A stretch of 50,805 nucleotides of DNA, counting the filler, from Streblomastix strix (taxonomy: Eukaryota): NCBI GenBank assembly GCA_008636045.1. It is 3 parts of 3 records of this genome, joined end to end, with 100 filler letters (N's around TTAATTAATTAA, not from the genome) between each part and the next. Parts side by side here need not be neighbours in the genome. Positions count along the whole stretch, not along the records: positions 33,948 to 50,805 come from SNRW01000759.1; 2 more parts are not named here. One strand, given 5' to 3'. Positions 41,437 through 50,805 of this stretch are shown here, piece after piece. Below the pieces are notes generated by a model that saw only the letters and a list, made by a program, of their open reading frames with translations, searched no databases and was not told the origin of the DNA. The stretch's first letter is position 1, and each line of letters starts with the position of its first letter. Position numbers and translations under genes: made by a program.

Positions 41437-44400
41437 ATGACTAGAACAAAGATATCAATTGCAGACGTTAATCGGCTCCTCTAACTGTACGATCCAAATA
41501 CAAATATGAATGTGAATAATAAGCAAAAGAGATCAATTCTAAGTTCTATACTATCAAAGATTGGATTCTATGGCTAGCGTAGTAACGTTAATGCTGTGGA
41601 ATAAGCGATCAATGCAGTAGTTTCATATAACTTATATTTCAATCAATTCAATACAGCAATTGTTATATAAAATCGAGTTCGTAAGTGGTTCAATCAAAGA
41701 GAACAATAACGATAAAATGAATAACAATAATTAGTATAATAATTTGAAAGGGAATGTTAATAAGATATTAAATATTTGAGATAAGAGTTTGATCCTGATA
41801 TTCTTGATGAATATTGAATAATCGATACTGAAAAATATAGATAATAGCAGCATTAATTAAGAGCATAAGAGATAGAAGAACGCAGGAGAAAATAAGATGA
41901 AGATAGATAGGCAAGATAAGCATAATTATTAGATGAATTTCATAATGTAGAGGATATGAACATCGATATATTATTCGAAACATATCAATTTCATTGAAGA
42001 ATTACATAGTGTCCCTGAAATGGATATCGATGAGCTATTCGAAACGAATTAATATGAAATTAGCAATTACATTAGATTACATAAGAAATATTGGTATCAT
42101 TAAGTTAATGCAAATAATAATGTAGATAATGACTTAATAATGCATTGCGATGCATAAAATTAAGAAAAATTCAATAGGATTAAGAATCAAGCACTAACAA
42201 TGTTTGATAAAGAGACAGCAACTCTAAAGTATAGTATATATGATTAATTTATTATGAATAAGTAAAAACTAATTAAATAATATTACGATAATATTTCTTT
42301 GTCAGATTATACAGATAATCTCTTAGATTGTGCATATGCGAAATAGAAAGCAAAATTTTTTAAATTGGTTCTTTATTTTGGAGTAATTATTGAACAAGTA
42401 GACGGGAATGCAGAAACATAGACAAATAAGTACAAATTTATACTTCCCATTGATGCAAATCCCGATAGAAGAGTTCCATTAGAGATCTGATCGAAGCAAA
42501 GCATTAACTTACATAAATAAAACCTTCGAACAGTAGCAGGTATCATGTAAGAGAGAACTAATACAGATATCGAAGAAAAATAATATCTATATTCTCAATA
42601 ATGTTCTTCATATTTGAATACGCATTAGGTGGAGCTGCTATTCCATCACTAAAAACTGCATATCAAAAGAAGAAATATTTATTATATTGATTGCAAAGTG
42701 AATCAATGTTTCTAGACTGCATATTCATTTATTACTATTCCTAATACAAAAGATAAGAATTGGAAGGATTGTTATAGAATAGCAGAAGCAAAATATATAT
42801 TTCAAAGAGTTAATGGAGTGGAGTTTCGAGAAAATTACTAAAGATTCGATTTTGTGAATGAAATTGATAATTTTATAAATAAAGAATAAATTAATATACA
42901 TATGTATACGTACTCAAAAAATCACTTTACTATGTAAAATATTAAAATTATATAGTTGATGGCTCAGAGAAACAGTTCAATATCTCATTCATTAATGATG
43001 CAATCAACGCACACATTACGTATATATCTGAAACAGAAGCACTAACTGGACTTCGTTACTGTAATATTTGTCACAGATAAGATTTCAGAATTAAGGATCC
43101 AAATATATAAGTTTCTATGAGAAATCATAAGAAAAAATGACAAAAGAATAATGGAAAAATAGTTAAGAAAGTAATCTTAGAACGATTTACGGAAATGTCT
43201 GTTCTTCATTTATTATCTAACAAGACATATAAGTACGTACTAGCGAATAATCTAACTCATTTGTTCAAGCATACACAATACAATATTACATATGATATAG
43301 AGACATTAGAGAAAAAAGATAATGAAAAATTCGATGATAGTTCATAGGTGATTGCGACGTTAGTTCCATATGCTATCACATCGACTGTCGAATCTGCTAT
43401 TGGTATTCACTCATTTGTTAAGATATCCGAACAGATGATTTCTTAGATAAATAGCTTGAGCAAATGTTCGAAGAAGCAATGCAAGTTAAGAAACATAACA
43501 AGTATAAAGATGAGATAATACCATAGTACTTTGAAATTCCAGTAATTGAGTTAAATTCTGCAAAATTTGATACTTTCTTTGAATTTAAGAATTTTAAATC
43601 AAAAGATTGGACTATCTCGAAATATTTGGGATTGAATGCAGTAACCAAACAGATAGTTGTAAAGCATAAGTAATTTGGAATTTATTTAAGATTCGTTGAT
43701 TTTATAATTTATACAACTCATAACCGTTTGAAAGATTGCGTCAAAGATTTTGGTAATGGCACTTATAAGAAAGGCAGGTTTCCTCATGAATTTATAAATA
43801 TTAATAATTATATATAAAAATTAAATAAAAGTGAACCATTACTAATAGAAACATACAACAATCAATTGAGAAATAAGAAGCTAAGTGAAGATAAGTATAA
43901 AGACTTTCTGGTCGAAGCAGCTATGCACAAAACACAATGGGATTACTTGAAGCATTATAACATATTTGATACTAGAATACTAATCGAGCCAATTGATTTA
44001 TTGAACAATCTCATGTATATATACAAATTTGGTATGCTATATAATATAAGTATGGTTTAGTGCGCTAATGAAATCAAATAAGCAATGCGTTATAACGATT
44101 TTGAACACAATAGAGATTATAATTCAAAATCAACTGATAAATCTATAGGAGTAATCTAGTGTTATTATGGACCTAAAGTAGAGAATTGTATCGAATAAGA
44201 TAGTAAAAAAGGTACATATTCTAACAATAATGTAACAATTAATGATTATAATTATTTTAAACAACTATTCAAGAATTAACGATGTCGCATATGTAATGCA
44301 CGATTCACATGGAAGAATCGTCCTACACTTGATAGAATAGATAATAAATTAGGTCACTCTAAAGATAATGTGATTCCATGCTGTTTGTACTGTAATGTAT

Positions 44401-45432
44401 GTAAAGTTAATCGTGATGAAAACTATATGAAATTAATGATATAGCTAAGGAAATATGCGCTATTGAAGTAATTGCCAATGACACTAATGATTAATGAAAT
44501 ATATAGGATAGTTAGAAGAGGTACAACGGGAGAACAATCTATAGTAATGCGCAGATACAATATTGCTAGTGAAACTAAAATTAATTATTACGAATATAAT
44601 AAAGAAAATATGTGTGTGTATATAATTGATTCAGATTACATTTAAACATATGTAATTCTATTAGACTTTGATAATTAATACCCAAGTGTAATGAGTTCAG
44701 AATCTCATCCAATTATTCCATATACTTGTCATAAATAATATATATGCGGATAAGCAACCGAATTCATTAATGCAACAACTTAATTTGAATAAGATAGGTG
44801 TAAGGAGCTAATATACAATACTAATCGATTCCATAATATTCCAAAAATAGTCAATAAGAAGTTTTTTTTCATTGCAGAAATTTGTGGTCACTTTAATGAA
44901 GATTATATTAATTATTGCATTGACTTTGGACCGATATTACATAACATTGATATAGCAACTAACAAAGAGACTATTAATGAATGAATGTATTATTACTTAG
45001 TTGAGCATAAGCTTCCTCACGATATTGTGAAATGTAAACTTACAAATTTAGTTGATACCAATAATGAAGTAACGAACTTTAAGAATTACTATTTATGGTT
45101 ATTAATAGACAAATTTCACTTCAATATATACGAAATCGTTAAAGTTACAACATTTTCTAAACGAAATAATTTCAATTCGTTTGTTAAGGAATTTTTAAAC
45201 ATTAGATAGCATGTAAAATATGATAAGAATGACGGTATAACATAATTTGCAAAAATAATACAGAACAGCCCGTTTGGAGGTTATATATTGAATAGCTAGA
45301 AATACACTAATACTAGATTATTTTCTGCTGCGAAGACATACTTGCTACATATGATGTCGAATTTTATTCATTTCACCGAATTAAATGAAGATTTATTTGC
45401 AGTACAGGTGGATATGGAGAATTGCAAGTGTA

Positions 45433-45463
<31 letters not shown>

Positions 45464-46040
45464 ATGCGTTTTTTACATTGAATAATGCAAAATTTTTCAA
45501 TATTAATTTTCTATATAACTTCTTATACAAAACGTTCGATAGAACAAAGATGCAAATAATTTACCTTGATGCAGATAGTTTAACTTTAGGTATTGCAGGA
45601 GATTCAAGAAATTTTACATAAGGATTTGATGATTTAATTAAAGATCCTGAATTTTATAATAAAAACAAAGGATTCTTTTTTTGTGAGAATGGGAAACGAA
45701 AAATATTAGGTATTCACATTGAGAAACAAGGATGTAGTTGCATGGCGTTAAGTCCGAAGAATTATATAATTAATGATGAGATTGTTTTGAAAGGAATTAT
45801 TCTTGATCAAAACCCATAGATCAATCATTAGAAATTTGCGGATTGTATTAACAAGAGGACGATTACAACAGCTATTAATACAATGTTTGCTTAATGGAGA
45901 GGTATTATGAGTAAGTTGAAAATGGAACGCAACGTGATCACTGGATCTGTGACTAAAATGATAGAACTATCTAATCAATTATGTATACGATTCTTATTTG
46001 GAATTAAAGTAGATAAGTATTGCTTTTTACACATTAATAT
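41437..46040 (+). pseudogene. Protein-primed family B DNA polymerase with long N-terminal extension and internal HNH-like domain
   Basis: ATG 41437. ExoI ITYDIETL (~43285), ExoII NSAKFD (~43554), KGRFPHEF, ExoIII YLKHYNIFD, RRGTTG, motif A LDFDNQYPSVM (~44661), motif B KIIQNSPFG (~45251), motif C IYLDADSL (~45560), LSPKNY, LKGI. Many frameshifts. Confidence 0.92.
45437..45461. repeat. (AT)12 microsatellite inside the polB pseudogene
   Basis: Perfect AT run between motifs B and C. Confidence 0.95.
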
Positions 46041-46954
46041 ATTTATTTATATCATAGTAACATATATAGTACATATATATAATTATTATATCAATCAAAT
46101 AAAAAATTAAAAAGATTTTAGGTAAATTATAAAAATTTACTGAATTTTCTTATTTTCAAAATATGTATAATAGTCATAACTTTCTAAATTAAAATCAAGT
46201 TATATTCATTTAAATTTTAAATCATCTACGTGATCATACATATATATTTATATAATAAATATCATTTGATTCATTTCGTACCTTTCTTCAGGGGCCTCGG
46301 ATGGGATTAATAGACGCCCTGTAGATGAATGAAAGGTTTATTTTTTGCTAATGAAAATGTTTATCTTCTAACTATTATCTGCTAACACTACTATCGCAAT
46401 CGATGCACTTGAATCATTACACATTGACTGGAAAGATATTTGGAAAATTATCTACGAGGCAAGTATCAAATATGCTTGCGAATCGAAACTTAGCAGATGA
46501 AATCTTTTATTATTTTTGATATGAAATGAATGGAGATCATCTTAGTGAAGCTTAATAAAATATAATGAACTAATTATTATTATAAAATTATGACTAAACT
46601 GATCAATAAATTAGTGATGCTGCAATAAATATGCAAAATTGACTCACCCACCTAGCGAGATCTAGCAATGGAGTAATAATGAAAATTGCATAGTTTGTTT
46701 CAAATATGAAGATAATTCCAAGTAGACATGAAGAAGAAGCGCTAATAAAAAGAGCTGTTGAGATATAGCTAGGTGGAAAGCCTATTTAAAAGTGGCATTA
46801 AATTTATCTAACGGAAGCACAGTAATATCATAAACCAAAAACAGTAACAAAATTACTCAGATAATAACCATAAATGAATTAAATATAGCACATAAATTAT
46901 CAAATAGCATTATTTCCATTCAAATCAAAGATCAAATAATACAAAAAAAATAAT

Positions 46955-47760
46955 AATGACAGAATAACGAAACCAGTATAAATCAAAGATGTTAAAGTGA
47001 AGCCATTAAACAAGCTCTAACGTCCATACTTCTCGGCAAAATTAGGATCTTAGGAAATCATTCTAATATTTCGTACAAATCCATTAACGAGAAGAAATTA
47101 ATAATACTTATTTGTGATCAACATAAACACAAAATATTTATTTGTGATACCAATGATTGGGAAAAGTGCAGCTTAGATAAAACTTGCATTAGAGAAAATA
47201 ATTAAATAAGTATACGTTAATAGCATTCGAGGAGATGGCGAGATTTGTTTTAAAGCAAATATTACTAAATAATTTTGTAATGATAGTAATATATCACTGT
47301 TCATTACACAATCTCCTTTAACATAGCATAACAGACTGGATGATTGTATCATTCGAACAATAAAAAATGTATTTCAATAAGATTTATTAGGATTCCCAAC
47401 TTCAGGTAAGATGAAATAAATGGTGGAAATATATACAATAGAACTCCATATTTAGTTTATCATAATAAATTCGCACCTTAATAAGTACAGTTGAATAAAG
47501 ATTTGGAAAAAAAATTCATAAGATAAAAATAGGTTAAATGGAACAGATAATTTTGAATTATTTACGAGAAAATTGATTCAATTTCAAAAATGGAAATATA
47601 TAGATGATCCATGCAGATATTTCAAAGATTAATATAAGGTTCTAAAAGTAAAGACATTTATTCAATGAGTTACCTATATTCATTAACTATAAAAACGGTA
47701 ATATAATGTACAAATTATTAAATCCTTACCAAAGAAGCTAACACGCGTAGCTTGATTTGA
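46955..47760 (+). pseudogene. Retroviral-type (rve) DDE integrase of Maverick type
   Basis: KLQRPYFSAKLGSQEI (~47012-47060), QYLFVININTKYLFVIP, VNSIRGDGE (~47216-47242), HNRLDDCIIRTIKN, VEIYNRTP. Frameshifted. Confidence 0.85.
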
Positions 47761-47871
47761 TTGAATTGCCTATATATTATTGTAATTCATTAGTAACGAC
47801 ATAAATTCATTGCCATCAATCTGTAAAAGTTAATTTAATATAAGTAATTTAGATTCTTAATTTTAAATCAA

Positions 47872-48213
47872 ATGCAATCAAGTGAAACAAAACAAATCCG
47901 AAAAAAATAATCAAAGCAATTCGTTCCTTAATTGATTGAAAAATAAACTAGTCTTATTGATGAAATTCTTCACGCTCATGAAATTAATGCACTTGAAATT
48001 AATGCTCCTGAATTAAATGAACCTGAATTAAATTCTTCAGTTAATGTTATTCTTCTTATATAGACTTAATCTGAATAAGAGAAAATTGAGTTTACAGGTA
48101 GACCTAAAAATTCAATAGTCCTGAAGAAACCAAAAAATAACCGCAGAGTAACATCAACGTTTTCAATAAAAATACAGAATCCAACGATAAGATTTTAGAA
48201 CAAAAGCCAATGA
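47872..48213 (+). CDS. Small element ORF with four 15-bp repeats and a GRPK (AT-hook-like) motif
   Basis: MQSSETKQIRKK..AHEIN ALEIN APELN EPELN..FTGRPK; repeats at 47975-48034. Confidence 0.4.
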
Positions 48214-48569
48214 TTTGTAATTAATATTGAATCGATGTTTGTAGGAAACTATCATAACTAATGTGTAGGAGTTACTTAAAATTAGTGAGATAATTAATTA
48301 ATATAAAAATTGATCTACTTCAGTATGATTTATTTTTATACATTAACTCTCCATTAATTAGTTTTTTTATGTTATAATAAAAGTAACATATCGGATCGAA
48401 TTTAACTAAAGAGTAGAGGGAGAAAGGATATAAAACTTGAACATTTATACAAACTGTAATGGATTTATGTGACGGTAAGGTCTAATAAAACTAAACAAAG
48501 AAACGATAAAGATACTATTTTAATTAATTGAGATAATTAGACAAATAAAGTAAATTAAAATGGATTAGT

Positions 48570-49180
48570 CCAACTGATTAATGAAATTATTTTTACAAAT
48601 TAATTCTCATAAACTATATAGCAGCTATCGAATTTGAAATTGTTCCATTTGTTCCATATGTTAGTGCGTATATGTTAGAATCATAGATAATATTAAATAA
48701 ATCTCTTGATGGATCAAAAGGAACAAATGGAACAGAAATATTTTGAGTTGAAGAAAACACGTGCAATACTGCAAAAAAGTCATGTCGTTCATTTTGAATC
48801 AAATTCTCCATAGATAGTGAACATTCTATCTAAATTCTACCAAATTGCACCGCCATATGTATCCATTTATCGCAGCCATCCGAAATAAAAACTTTCAAAA
48901 TTGTTTCGCTCTCATTTTCGCAAATATATTGAAAGATTTTCGATAATCATAGAATAGTTCAGTCTCAAAATTAAAATCCATAACCTAAGAATCTCACTTA
49001 CAATTTCATTTATAACATATGGCAGATGGTAGCAAAAATTGTAGGAATCAAAAATTTCTTTTTCATTTGTTCCTTTTGTTCCAAATAGGTGATTCACTTC
49101 ATTTATCCATTTCACTAACACACGCACACTAAGATGGAACAGAAATTTTGTTTCATCATTCGTTTAGCTGCCATACTCAT
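48570..49180 (-). pseudogene. Degenerate element ORF of unknown function downstream of helicase 2
   Basis: ATG 49180 (MSMAAKRMMKQNFLF..); supplied ORFs 48912-49127 and 48614-48811 appear to be pieces of one frameshifted gene. Confidence 0.4.
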
Positions 49181-49196
49181 TATATCAAAAATAAAT

Positions 49197-50805
49197 TCAT
49201 GATTAGCTTTCATTCAACTTTAACATCCTATAACACTTAATCAATGAACCCATCATCTTCGCTTTGTTTCTTATATTTCTAGTAATTTGTATCAGATATT
49301 TCGATATCTTCTTCAGTCATCATCTTATCATAATATGTCAATTAATTTTTATTTAATTTGTATACTCTAGTTCTAATTCCATTTATTCTTGGCATAAATT
49401 CTTCGTATTTATGTTACATTGCATTAATATTAGTTTTCAATCACCAATTTGATGGTCTTAATGAATTAGTAAGTGATTCTGAAATATTTTATTTGAACTA
49501 TTAATATTGTTGCATAATCACATCATTTATTGGAGATTGACTAACACTTATTAATTATTTTTTTGCTTCAGTAATTTGAATTAATGTTGTATTAAACTAT
49601 GAAATATCTCTTTCAAGTAAGAATGTGACCAAATTTTCATAAAACTCTTAAGTATTACTTTAGCTTAATTCAATAAAATATTCTACATATTAATTATGTT
49701 CTTCCCTCACTTAATGACTAGTGTTGCAAGCACATACTAAATGACGTTTATCACCAGTGTCCAATTATACATGCATGCTATTGTTTGTCACATATATTAC
49801 ATTCATTACATTTTCAGCTGTTCTTCAAAGCTTATTTTTCATTAATTTTAATTGACTTATCAGAAATTATTGATTTCAATACTATTGCTACTCCTTTCTT
49901 AGATTCGCTATAATTCATCATTTCGTTCAGCACTGCAAACATTATATTTTCAACTACTGAATTGAATCTTCCTGTGAACTCATCTATGTTAGTTATATTT
50001 GAAGTACTATATTGACTTGTTAGTTCAGCAATTACATCAGTGAATCTATTTTTACTTATTCTTTATCTACCTCATAATACTATTGCAGTTCTTGATTTTT
50101 TCCCTTTATTTTATATAATCCAAGCCATCCATTTAAAGATGTATTCATATACTTTTTCATCGCCTGCAACAATAGTTTCTTCAATCAAATCGAAATACAT
50201 TTATAATCAGTCATACTCAAGCTCCACGCGTTAGCATGTATGTAATTTTTTATATTTATACCCTTGGAATATACTGAAAATTTCTGGATCTTCACTTATA
50301 AATTTACACTCGTTCATCACAAATTTTGAAGCATATTTCTTAAAGATATGTTTCGCAGTTAATTATTTTTTATTATCGTTTTCAGGATCTTTCTTCGTTT
50401 GTTCAATCTTCGAGTTTTAGTAATTATAGTTGATAATCACTTTGTCTAATTACTCATAGATAGTATCTTCTAATTTATTATGAATGACTAACGTTTTATA
50501 AAGAGCATCAAATTCTTTAATCATATAAACATCTTTATTTTCTTCTGCATAATTTGCAATTAAAATTGTTAAATCTAAAATAATTTATTCTTCATTATCA
50601 TATTCTCCTTTAACTGCTTTCTTTTGGATATGAAGGAAAGTGAAATCTTCAGAGAAATCAATTTTATGAGGTATTAATTTTTAGTAAATTATAATATATT
50701 TTTCCTTTATCTTTTATTCATGATTCTTTTTAAGTAGAGGCTTAATTGTTTATTCATAGTATTCATTGTAACGATATTTTAAGATTTTTGTTAGGATCCA
50801 TGGAT
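49197..50805 (-). pseudogene. D5-like SF3 helicase (DUF5906-type), copy 2; 5' end probably beyond the window
   Basis: FSIFQGY..YIFKWMAWIIQNKGKKSRTAIVL*GRQRISKNRFTD (decayed Walker A, ~50042-50071), FTGRFNSVVENNMFAVLNE, LKSIISDKSIKINEK, NVIYVTNN..DTGDKRHLV. Confidence 0.88.

Larger units (their letters stand above)
34551..50805. mobile_element. Degenerate Maverick/Polinton-like endogenous viral element(s); ends not defined, runs off the window
   Basis: Dense cluster with no obvious introns: pPolB, rve integrase, A32-like ATPase, two D5-like helicases and small ORFs, all with frameshifts, stops or eroded motifs. Confidence 0.88.

Overview
AT-rich eukaryotic DNA that only translates properly with the ciliate/hexamitid/oxymonad code (TAA/TAG = Gln, TGA = stop), so the supplied ORF track chops real genes into pieces. 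The code, short GT-AG introns and gene families fit the oxymonad Streblomastix strix or a relative (inference). The window is three contigs joined by artificial N44-TTAATTAATTAA-N44 linkers (16879-16978, 33848-33947). Contig 1 has two decayed DIRS-type tyrosine-recombinase retrotransposons (RT-RNaseH-methyltransferase-like + YR), a disrupted multi-RRM gene and a CFAP52/WDR16 pseudogene. Contig 2 has host genes: a 5'-truncated beta-helix type I membrane protein, an intact GTP-dependent PEPCK, a coiled-coil/ARM-like gene flanked by a ~175-bp direct repeat, and a long Q/P/S-rich gene. Contig 3 is almost entirely a decayed Maverick/Polinton-like endogenous virus: two D5-like SF3 helicases, an A32-like packaging ATPase, a protein-primed PolB with a possible OTU-like N-terminal region and an internal HNH-like zinc finger, a retroviral-type integrase, several unknown ORFs and an internal inverted-repeat element. 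All assignments come from manual translation and motif recognition; no database searches were run.
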